This document shows, in pieces, positions 49,078 to 57,271 of a stretch of DNA of 64,000 bases. The stretch comes from Chloroflexota bacterium (GTDB lineage: Bacteria > Chloroflexota > Dehalococcoidia > Lucifugimonadales > Lucifugimonadaceae), in NCBI GenBank assembly GCA_002718415.1, contig PBEM01000012.1, positions 22,648-86,647 of the forward strand. Direction: 5' to 3'. The notes under the pieces were generated by a model. That model made no database searches, was not told the DNA's origin, and saw only the letters and a list, made by a program, of their open reading frames with translations. The stretch's first letter is position 1. The number at the start of each line of letters is the position of its first letter. Position numbers and translations under genes: made by a program.

Positions 49078-49707
49078 ATGTCTCTTCAAGAAAAAATTGA
49101 AGAAATTAAAGAAATAATATCAGGAAAAAATTTACCTGGAACTTCTAGAGGTTTAGTTAACACGGGTAAAATTTCTCAGTTATTAGATGAGCTAGTAACA
49201 ATATTACCTAATGAAATTAAAGAAGCGGAAATAATAGTTCGTCAAAAAGAAGCGATCATTGTTCAAGCTGAAGAAGAATCAAAAAAAATCAGATCTTATG
49301 CAGATGAAGAAGGATCTAATATTGTTAAAACCGCTGAAGCAGAAAAAAATAAAATATTAGATAGTGCGAAATCAGAATCTGCAAAACTAATAAGTGAAGA
49401 ACAAGTCGTTAATGATGCGAATTCAGAATCTAAAAAAATTATTTCAAATACTCAACAAGAAGCAGAGAAAATTTTATCTGAAGCTAAATCTAAAGCAGAA
49501 ATTTTAACTAATGATGCTGAAGAAAAGATTAACTCTATGCTCACAAAAACTGAAGAAGAAGTAGAACTAAGAAGAGTAGGAGCTGATAATTATGCAAGAG
49601 AAGTTCTTTTCGCTCTAGAAGAAAAAGTAGCTGATACTTTAAGTCAGATTCGAGGTGGTATAGATATGCTAGATAAAAATGATCCGAGTGTTACTAATAA
49701 GCAATAA
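49078..49707 (+). CDS. Hypothetical coiled-coil protein (ATPase b/E-subunit-like Ala/Glu/Lys repeats)
   Basis: About 209 aa from ATG 49078, with GAAAGG 8 nt upstream. The central region reiterates A-E/K-x-K-I-L-x-x-A-type segments (AEAEKNKILDSAKSESAKLISEE..., QQEAEKILSEAKSKAEILTNDAEEKI). I cannot assign a family. Confidence 0.5.
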   Translation: MSLQEKIEEIKEIISGKNLPGTSRGLVNTGKISQLLDELVTILPNEIKEAEIIVRQKEAIIVQAEEESKKIRSYADEEGSNIVKTAEAEKNKILDSAKSESAKLISEEQVVNDANSESKKIISNTQQEAEKILSEAKSKAEILTNDAEEKINSMLTKTEEEVELRRVGADNYAREVLFALEEKVADTLSQIRGGIDMLDKNDPSVTNKQ

Positions 49708-49725
49708 CTTTTGGTTAGGTAAATC

Positions 49726-52515
49726 ATCAAGAAAAAAACTATACTAATTATAGATGGCCATGCTATGGTTTTTAGAGCATGGTTTGCCATACCCGAAAGA
49801 TTAACAACTTCTACCGGAAAAGATACACGAGGGGCTTATGGATTCTTAACTACCTTTTTAAGAGTTATTCGCGAACATTCTCCTTCACATATTGCAGTAA
49901 CATTCGATACAAAAGCACCAACTTTTAGAGATGAAATGTTCCCTGAATATAAAGCACATAGACCACCTGTTGAGCCAGAATTACATGAACAAATTCCAAT
50001 TGTTAAAGATATTATGAAAGCTTTTAATGTCCCAATATACGAATTAGATGGATACGAGGCTGACGATTTAGTTGGGACACTAAGTAAACAAGCTTACGAT
50101 AAATATAAAATGGATTCCATTATTCTTACTGGTGATGCTGATCAACTTCAATTAGTCGACAATAATACAAAAGTATTAATGTATACAGGATTTAATTCGA
50201 AAATTTATGGAATAGATGATGTGGTAGAAAGATATGATGGTTTAGGTCCCGAATATGTTGCTGAAATTAAAGCTTTAGAAGGAGATCCTTCAGATAATAT
50301 TCCAGGAGTAGCAGGAATAGGGAAAAAAACAGCAAGAACTTTACTGAATAAATTAGGACATTTCGAATCTTTATTTAATAACATTCAAAAAATTCATGAA
50401 ATAGAATCCTTAAGAGGGAAGGAAAGAATATATCAAATAATTAAAAACAATAAAACAATAGCTTATGAAGGTTTAAAATTAACTACCATTATTAGAAATG
50501 CCCCGATTTTGTTAGATAATAAAAAATCAGAATTTGGTTCATATGATAAAGATGAATTGCTTGAATTACTATCCAAATTAGAATTTAAGAGTTTAAGTAA
50601 CCAAATCATTAGAAATCAAAATACATTAAATAATAATATAAAGACCCTTGAACAAAAAAATGTTGGTGTAAATATCCCTTTAGATAATGAAAAAGAATTA
50701 AAAGACAAAAAATATATAACAATTAAAGATTTAGATTCTTTGAATAATATGATAAGAGAAATTGAAATTTCAGGAGAGTTTTCATTTGATACTGAAACTT
50801 CAGGATTAAATATGATTTCATCGTCATTGGTAGGGATTTCTTTTTCTTGTTCAGAAAACAAAGCATGGTATGTCCCTCTGGGACATCGAGAAGGTTCTCA
50901 GTTATCTATTTCAAATATATTAGAGATATTAAAAAAACTTTTTACTAATGAAAAGTTGTCCTCCTGTGCACATAATGCTAATTTTGATCTAACTATTTTA
51001 AGTATGGCCGGCATAGAAGTTACAAATCTAAAATTTGATACGATGATAGCTGCTTTTCTTTGCGGTGTAAGGCCAGTTGGATTAAAGAGTCTTGTCCAAA
51101 AATATTTTAATGTAAATATGACACCAATAGAAGAATTAATAGGTAAAGGTAAAAATCAAATCACTATGGTAGATGTACCAATAGAAAAATCAAGCCCATA
51201 TGCTTGTGCAGATGCTGATTACACTCTTCAACTAAAAAAGAAATTTATAAAATTACTTCCTATACATAATTCAAAATTTACTCACGATGAAATCGAAGTC
51301 CCTCTAATATCTAGTCTAGTAGACATGCAAAAAAATGGAATTCTACTAAATACTTCTGTTTTAGATAAAATGTCAGAATCACTGTCTAAAGAAATAACAT
51401 CAATCGAAACGAATTTAAAAAATATTATGAAAATAAATGATATAAATTTAAATTCAAATCAACAAATTGCTTCAATACTAATAGAAAAATTCGATGTACC
51501 AAAAACTAGAAAAACTAAAACTGGATATTCAATGGATTCAAGTGCTCTAGAAAATATTATCGCCTCGGAGGGACTTAATAAAGATGTATACGATATTGCA
51601 GAAGGATTAATTAAATACCGGGAATTAACTAAATTAAAATCTACATATGTTGACTCCTTACCAAAACAAATAAATTCAGTAACAAGAAAGGTTCATTCTA
51701 ATTTTAATCAGATAGGATCATCAACTGGTAGATTGTCAAGTAATAATCCAAACATACAAAATATACCTATAAGAACAGAACTAGGAAGAAAAGTAAGAAA
51801 AGCTTTTACGACGAATAATAAAGATGGTTGGTTATTATTAGCTGCTGATTATTCTCAAATTGAATTGAGAATATTAGCAGAATTATCTAGAGAAAAATCA
51901 TTAATATCGGCATTCATTAATAATGAAGATATTCACTCATCGACAGCTAGGATGATGTATGAAGTAAATGACGTAAGCAGTGATCAAAGAAGAATAGCTA
52001 AAATTTTAAATTTTGGAGTAATTTATGGACTTGGTCCTTTAGGAATTTCTCGACAAACAAATTTATCTAGAGAACAAGGAAAAAAGTTTATTGAATTATA
52101 TTTTGGAAAATATCCAGGAATTAAAGCTTACATTGAAAAACAAAAAGAAAAAGTTCATAACAATGGTTACGCAGAAACCATTACAGGTAGAAGAAGATAT
52201 TTACCTGAAATTAATTCAAATAACCCAAGAATAAGGGCTGGCGCAGAAAGAGTAGCAATAAATATGCCTATCCAAGGTACAGCAGCGGATTTAATTAAAA
52301 TTGCAATGATAAATATTTCTAAAGAATTAAAAATTCAACAAATGAAATCTCTACTAGTAGCTCAGGTACATGATGAGCTGATATTTGATGTGGCTCCGGG
52401 GGAATTAATGGAAATACAATCAATAGTAGTAAAACTTATGAAATCTGCTATGAATCTAAAAATCCCTTTGGAAGTTGAAATTAAATCTGGTTCAACATGG
52501 GGAGATATGGAGTAA
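49726..52515 (+). CDS. polA: DNA polymerase I (5'-nuclease, 3'-5' exo and polymerase domains); start upstream of the track ATG
   Basis: YEADD, a 3'-5' exo domain (FSFDTETSGL), DYSQIELRILA and QVHDELIF. The conserved N-terminal ILIIDGHA is encoded at 49741-49764, upstream of ATG 49765, in an open frame with no canonical start. ATC 49726 is suggested. Confidence 0.9.
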   Translation: MKKKTILIIDGHAMVFRAWFAIPERLTTSTGKDTRGAYGFLTTFLRVIREHSPSHIAVTFDTKAPTFRDEMFPEYKAHRPPVEPELHEQIPIVKDIMKAFNVPIYELDGYEADDLVGTLSKQAYDKYKMDSIILTGDADQLQLVDNNTKVLMYTGFNSKIYGIDDVVERYDGLGPEYVAEIKALEGDPSDNIPGVAGIGKKTARTLLNKLGHFESLFNNIQKIHEIESLRGKERIYQIIKNNKTIAYEGLKLTTIIRNAPILLDNKKSEFGSYDKDELLELLSKLEFKSLSNQIIRNQNTLNNNIKTLEQKNVGVNIPLDNEKELKDKKYITIKDLDSLNNMIREIEISGEFSFDTETSGLNMISSSLVGISFSCSENKAWYVPLGHREGSQLSISNILEILKKLFTNEKLSSCAHNANFDLTILSMAGIEVTNLKFDTMIAAFLCGVRPVGLKSLVQKYFNVNMTPIEELIGKGKNQITMVDVPIEKSSPYACADADYTLQLKKKFIKLLPIHNSKFTHDEIEVPLISSLVDMQKNGILLNTSVLDKMSESLSKEITSIETNLKNIMKINDINLNSNQQIASILIEKFDVPKTRKTKTGYSMDSSALENIIASEGLNKDVYDIAEGLIKYRELTKLKSTYVDSLPKQINSVTRKVHSNFNQIGSSTGRLSSNNPNIQNIPIRTELGRKVRKAFTTNNKDGWLLLAADYSQIELRILAELSREKSLISAFINNEDIHSSTARMMYEVNDVSSDQRRIAKILNFGVIYGLGPLGISRQTNLSREQGKKFIELYFGKYPGIKAYIEKQKEKVHNNGYAETITGRRRYLPEINSNNPRIRAGAERVAINMPIQGTAADLIKIAMINISKELKIQQMKSLLVAQVHDELIFDVAPGELMEIQSIVVKLMKSAMNLKIPLEVEIKSGSTWGDME

Positions 52516-52556
52516 TTTGAAATTTATTTAGTAAAATTTAACTTTACATTTACTTA

Positions 52557-52646
52557 GGAGGGGTGGCAGAGCGGTTTAATGCACTGGTCTTGAAAACCAG
52601 AGTCTCTGAAAAGTGACCGCAGGTTCGAATCCTGTCCCCTCCGCCA
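52557..52646 (+). tRNA. tRNA-Ser (anticodon UGA), class II with long variable arm, CCA encoded
   Basis: Acceptor stem GGAGGGG/CCCCTCC. Anticodon stem-loop CTGGT-CTTGAAA-ACCAG, giving anticodon TGA. Long extra arm, T arm GCAGG-TTCGAAT-CCTGT, discriminator G, then CCA. Confidence 0.95.
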
Positions 52647-52655
52647 TTAAGTTCA

Positions 52656-53894
52656 CTAATTATAAATTTCACAGATCTTCTGCCCAACAATTTCACCTGC
52701 AAATTTATGACCATTCTCATTCCAATGTCCTGCACCTAAATTATCCCCAAATCCGTGAAATTTTGTGACACCAATTTTTTTACTCCAATTGTAATTAGAC
52801 ATATATCTAGAAATAGAAATTATTGGTATATTATTATCTTTCCCAAAATTCTCTAATCTATCTTCAGGATAAAATATATTAGATCTCTTATTATTTTCTC
52901 TTAAACTATAATCTGGACCATCTAATACATAATCCTTTTCATAATCTACAATTTCTCCTCTTGAAACTATCAGGGTTAATAACTGAGAATTATGATTATT
53001 TAAATCTTTAGATGTTTTCAACAAAATTGATTCAAATAATTCCCATGCATTAATAACAAAAATAGAATCTAAATTATTTCCCCAAGTGGCACCATAAATT
53101 AATTCTGTTTTTTTATCATAATCACTAATTGATTTTTCATCCGAATATGTATTCTGAATCATACTCTCATTTGAAGCAAATAATTTAACTAAAGGTTCTC
53201 TAATAAATTGTACAATCATTAGATTATCTCTAAAAAATCTATATATTTGCTTTTTAATATCATTATCTATCTCAGGTAATCTAATTAAAACTAGTTCTTC
53301 GTTTTTTAATTCAAAATATGGCTTATATGGATTTAGTTCTAAATCATATATATTATTTTTTAAATCATTCCCAGGGAAAAAAGCTAGTACAACATAATCA
53401 GGTTCATAAAGAATGATTTCATTCATAATGGTTAAATACATTTGAGAAGTTCCCCAACCAGATGCACCAAAAGATAAAACCTCAAAAGTATGATCATCTG
53501 ATATTACACTACAATTATCTATCAGCCATGACTCCATAATTGAACCTATTGCAACGGATTTATCAACTTGCAAAGCCTCTATAAATGAATCCCCGACAAT
53601 AGCTACACGAATTGTATTATCATTTTTTTTATATGTTCTTTCATAATCATTCCAACCTTTAGAATTTATCTTAACTTTAGAAAAACCTTCTCTATTCCAT
53701 ATTCCGCTAGAATTAGGAATATTTTTATGCCCTATTACGGGAAATGATTTTTGGTAAATACCATATGTAGGTAAATATTCATTTGGAAAAAAATTTAAAG
53801 ATAATCTAATAAGAACTTCTAAAAACAAAAAAGATAAAAATAATCCAAATAAAATCAACACTAATTTCTTAGAATAATTTAATAACATATCCAA
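52656..53894 (-). CDS. Membrane-anchored SGNH/GDSL-like hydrolase or acyltransferase family protein
   Basis: 412 aa with an N-terminal TM helix (LVLILFGLFLSFLFLEVLI). SGNH-like blocks are VAIVGDSFIEA (block I), FGASGWGT (II), FFPGNDLKNN (III) and GAGHWNENGH (V-like). Confidence 0.6.
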   Translation of the reverse strand: MDMLLNYSKKLVLILFGLFLSFLFLEVLIRLSLNFFPNEYLPTYGIYQKSFPVIGHKNIPNSSGIWNREGFSKVKINSKGWNDYERTYKKNDNTIRVAIVGDSFIEALQVDKSVAIGSIMESWLIDNCSVISDDHTFEVLSFGASGWGTSQMYLTIMNEIILYEPDYVVLAFFPGNDLKNNIYDLELNPYKPYFELKNEELVLIRLPEIDNDIKKQIYRFFRDNLMIVQFIREPLVKLFASNESMIQNTYSDEKSISDYDKKTELIYGATWGNNLDSIFVINAWELFESILLKTSKDLNNHNSQLLTLIVSRGEIVDYEKDYVLDGPDYSLRENNKRSNIFYPEDRLENFGKDNNIPIISISRYMSNYNWSKKIGVTKFHGFGDNLGAGHWNENGHKFAGEIVGQKICEIYN

Positions 53895-53901
53895 ATAATA
53901 A

Positions 53902-54072
53902 TTAAAATAATGTGTATATAAAGGGACCTATTCCAGTTGAACTTCCAACAACAATAATTATGCCAAATAGTAGCATAACTGCAACGGTAGGTATAGCCCA
54001 CCACAATTTTTGTTTCCAAAGATATTTTATTAAGTCACCAGCTATACTAAGCTTAAATAATAAATTTTTCAT
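53902..54072 (-). CDS. DUF5989 / SxtK-like small membrane protein
   Basis: 56 aa from ATG 54072: MKNLLFKL...KYLWKQKLWWAIPTVAVMLLFGIIIVVGSSTGIGPFIYTLF. One TM helix. The C-terminal PFIYTLF is what I recall for DUF5989. Confidence 0.6.
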   Translation of the reverse strand: MKNLLFKLSIAGDLIKYLWKQKLWWAIPTVAVMLLFGIIIVVGSSTGIGPFIYTLF

Positions 54073-54087
54073 ACTAAAATATACCAA

Positions 54088-55854
54088 CTATGTCTTATCA
54101 ATTACAAATCTTCCTATAACTAAAGTATCAATACCACTATTTAAAAATGTATTAATTGCATCTTGAGGAGATGTAACAATAGGTTCTCCTCTTACATTAA
54201 ATGATGTGTTTAATAACATAGGTACGCCAGTTATATTATAAAAACTTTTTATTAAATTAAAATACATTGAATTAGTATCTTCATAAACTGTTTGAACACG
54301 AGCTGTACCTAAATGATTTACTGCAGAAATTGTATCTGAATATTTTTCTTTAACACTAACCACCGATAACATAAATCTTTCTAGCATTCTGGAAGAATCA
54401 GGAATGTTGAAATAATCATCAGCTTTATCTTCTAACACTGACGGAGCAAAAGGTCTAAATGGTTCTCTAAATTTAATTTTTATATTTACTATATCTTTCA
54501 TTTCAGAGTTCCGAGGATCTGCCAATATACTTCTATTACCTAACGCTCTCGGACCCCATTCGAATCGACCTTGAAACCATCCTATAACTTTTTGATCTAC
54601 TAATTTTTTAGAAATTTCATTAACTAAGTCTTCTTCAGAATAAATTTTATATTTTAATTTATTCCTATCTAATGTAGACTTAATTATCTCATCCGAATAT
54701 TCTTCTCCCCAATATGCATGCTTCATAACAAATCTTTTAGCCGAAGATTCAGAATTATATAAATATAGTGCAGCACCTAACGCCCCACCACTATCTCCAG
54801 CTGCAGGCTGTATAAAAACATCATTAAAACCTGTTTGTTCTAATATTTTCCCATTTATAACAGAATTCAATGCTACCCCTCCAGCTAAACATAGATTTTT
54901 TGAATTACTTTCTTTTTGTACTTGTTTCAATAAATTAATTACTAATTCTTCTGTAACAAGCTGTATACTTGCAGCAATATCTGCATAATACTGATTAGAA
55001 GTAATCCTTTGTTTCATATCAGTAGGAAGATCACCAAAATATGAAGGATAACCAGTGTTTTCTGTGAAAAAAGGTAACTCAGGTTCCCTAGGATTACCAA
55101 ATAATTTTTCAAATTTCTTAGTATACGATTTGTCAGTACTATTATGAAAAGAAAAATATTTATTATCTAACCATACCGATCCATCATTAAATTGATGCAC
55201 AACCTCTCTTACTTTGTCTGCAAATATAGGATTCCCAAATGGAGCCATACCCATTACTTTATATTCACCTTCATTTACTTCAAATCCTAAAAATGCAGTA
55301 AATGCTGAATATAACAATCCTATGGAATGGGGAAATCTAATTTCTTTTTCAATATTAATTAAGTTATTAGTAGCAGAACCAACTGTCGTAGTTGCCCATT
55401 CCCCCACCCCATCAAACGTAACAATTGCAGAATCTTGAAAAGGAGAAGAAAAATAAGCAGAGGAAGCATGTGATAAATGATGGTCAGAAAAATATATTTT
55501 TTTATCATCAATATCTAGAAATTCTTTTATCTGTGATTTAATCCAAATTTTGTCGAATAACCAAGTTCTCATACTCTGATTAAACAATTTTGTAGTTCGA
55601 GGAAAACTAGCTGCTGAAGTTTGTAAAATCCTTTCAAATTTCAAAAATGGTTTCTCAAAAAAAACTACAGCATCGATATCATTAGAATTTAAATTTGCTT
55701 TAGCTAAACAAAAATTTATAGCATTTGTAGGAAAATTAAAATCATGTTTGACTCTAGAAAATCTTTCTTCTTCTGCAGCAGATATTAAGATACCTTCATC
55801 AATTAAAACAGCCGCAGCATCATGAAAAAAACAAGAAATTCCTAATATTTTCAT
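54088..55854 (-). CDS. Carbamoyltransferase, NodU/CmcH/TobZ family
   Basis: 588 aa. KILGISCFFHDAAAVL, SDHHLSHASSAYF and AAGDSGGALGAA form the Kae1-like N-domain. LLNTSFNVRGEPIVTSPQDA marks the C-terminal domain. Confidence 0.85.
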   Translation of the reverse strand: MKILGISCFFHDAAAVLIDEGILISAAEEERFSRVKHDFNFPTNAINFCLAKANLNSNDIDAVVFFEKPFLKFERILQTSAASFPRTTKLFNQSMRTWLFDKIWIKSQIKEFLDIDDKKIYFSDHHLSHASSAYFSSPFQDSAIVTFDGVGEWATTTVGSATNNLINIEKEIRFPHSIGLLYSAFTAFLGFEVNEGEYKVMGMAPFGNPIFADKVREVVHQFNDGSVWLDNKYFSFHNSTDKSYTKKFEKLFGNPREPELPFFTENTGYPSYFGDLPTDMKQRITSNQYYADIAASIQLVTEELVINLLKQVQKESNSKNLCLAGGVALNSVINGKILEQTGFNDVFIQPAAGDSGGALGAALYLYNSESSAKRFVMKHAYWGEEYSDEIIKSTLDRNKLKYKIYSEEDLVNEISKKLVDQKVIGWFQGRFEWGPRALGNRSILADPRNSEMKDIVNIKIKFREPFRPFAPSVLEDKADDYFNIPDSSRMLERFMLSVVSVKEKYSDTISAVNHLGTARVQTVYEDTNSMYFNLIKSFYNITGVPMLLNTSFNVRGEPIVTSPQDAINTFLNSGIDTLVIGRFVIDKT

Positions 55855-55855
55855 T

Positions 55856-56080
55856 TTATTGCTGTCTTAAATATTCACTAATGTTAGTAATCTTTTTCCG
55901 CTTAACCCAATTACTTTTTGGTTTATTTTTAATTTTTAATGGATCTTTTAACATTGTAAAAAATAATGAAAATGGCATAAGTAATATAAAATAAACTATC
56001 CAAAGTATCAACATCATTTGAAAATTGCCCAAAATTGTAGCAAATTTTAACCATTTATCCCAAATATTTTTTCTGTTCAT
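55856..56080 (-). CDS. Small membrane protein (possibly SxtJ-like), first gene of the carbamoyltransferase module
   Basis: 74 aa. Its stop lies 1 nt from the carbamoyltransferase ATG. Hydrophobic core LGNFQMMLILWIVYFILLMPFSLFF, followed by a basic tail. The SxtJ similarity is from memory only. Confidence 0.4.
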   Translation of the reverse strand: MNRKNIWDKWLKFATILGNFQMMLILWIVYFILLMPFSLFFTMLKDPLKIKNKPKSNWVKRKKITNISEYLRQQ

Positions 56081-56122
56081 TTTTATGCTTTTTTTACTAA
56101 GAATTTTTATTAATTGTAAAGT

Positions 56123-56158
56123 ATATTAAGTAATTGTGGAATAATTTTTACTTAATAT
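56123..56158. promoter_or_regulatory. Perfect 11-bp inverted repeat in a divergent intergenic region
   Basis: atattaagtaa (56123-56133), a 14-nt spacer, then ttacttaatat (56148-56158). It lies between the carbamoyltransferase module (minus) and the Zn-ADH gene (plus). Confidence 0.25.
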
Positions 56159-56196
56159 AAAATGAATTTTCTTTTATATAATTCAAAGGAAATAAA

Positions 56197-57180
56197 ATGA
56201 AAGCTGCACAATTATTTGCTCCAAGCAAATTCAGATTTATAGATGCAGAAGAACCAAAATTAATTGATGGTGAATCCAAAATTAAAATCCTTTCTACATC
56301 TGTTTGTGGGAGCGATATTCACTCTCAATTCAGAGGAGATTTCAAAGAGGAAGAATATCCAAGACCACCAGGTATGCCATGTCATGAAATAGTTGGAAAA
56401 ATAGTCGAAAGTAAAAATTCTTTAATAAAAAAAGGACAAAGAGTGATTGTGATTCCTGGAAGAGATAATTATGGTGGATTAACTGAATATATAAAACAAA
56501 CACCTGAACGAATAATACCGATACCTGACTGGGGATCATCTGATGAATGGGTAATGTGTCAACATACTGGTACCGTTCTATTCTCAGCAAAAAAATGGGG
56601 TAATCCAGCTGGTAAAACGATTGCCATATTAGGGCAAGGCGGAATAGGTTTATCTTTCACTATGATTGCTGAAAAACAAGGTGCAGAAAATATTATCGGA
56701 ATAGATTTATTAGATTATAGATTAAAAAAAGCTATAGAATTAGGTGCTACTCATACAATAAATCCATCAAACGAAAATCTACATGAAAATATAAATGAAA
56801 TAACAAAAGGTATCGGAGTAGATATAGTAGTAGACGCAACTGGTGACCCATCTGCATTTGAAACATCTATTAAATTAATAAAACGCTATGGATTAATTAT
56901 CAGTTTTAGCCTAACAGGATCAGACTCAAAAAGATCATCATTTATACATACTGATTTCATGAGAAAAGCAGCGAAAATTATTCCTACGCAAATGTCTAGA
57001 ACTTCAGAACCGACTAAGGAAATAAGAGAAATAGTTAAATTAAAAGAAAGAGGTTGGATAGACCCAGGAAAATTAAAATCCCATAACTTTGATTTTATTG
57101 ACGTACAAAAAGCATATGACACATATGCTGATTATCAAAATAATGTAATAAAATTAGCAATAAATATTTCAAACGATTAA
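56197..57180 (+). CDS. Zinc-dependent medium-chain alcohol/polyol dehydrogenase
   Basis: 327 aa. Catalytic zinc motif VCGSDIH...CHE and Rossmann GQGGIG. Confidence 0.8.
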   Translation: MKAAQLFAPSKFRFIDAEEPKLIDGESKIKILSTSVCGSDIHSQFRGDFKEEEYPRPPGMPCHEIVGKIVESKNSLIKKGQRVIVIPGRDNYGGLTEYIKQTPERIIPIPDWGSSDEWVMCQHTGTVLFSAKKWGNPAGKTIAILGQGGIGLSFTMIAEKQGAENIIGIDLLDYRLKKAIELGATHTINPSNENLHENINEITKGIGVDIVVDATGDPSAFETSIKLIKRYGLIISFSLTGSDSKRSSFIHTDFMRKAAKIIPTQMSRTSEPTKEIREIVKLKERGWIDPGKLKSHNFDFIDVQKAYDTYADYQNNVIKLAINISND

Positions 57181-57271
57181 ATTTTTTGTATACATATCTC
57201 TAACTTAAATGAGCTAAAATTAACATAGTAAAAATGAATAAAATAATAGAAGGTGAAAAGGTGAATTCTAA

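Noticed and set aside
52550-52735. 61-aa minus-strand ORF (MQDIGMRMVINLQ...).
   Set aside because: It is antisense to, and almost wholly overlaps, the tRNA-Ser(UGA) gene at 52557-52646 and the 3' end of the SGNH-like gene. It is an artefact.
52516-56196. Genomic island integrated at tRNA-Ser, since the carbamoyltransferase module abuts the tRNA 3' end.
   Set aside because: There is no integrase, recombinase or mobility gene. I saw no direct repeat of the tRNA 3' end (ggttcgaatcctgtcccctcc) at the far boundary, and no obvious compositional shift by eye. The adjacency is noted, but an island is not supported.
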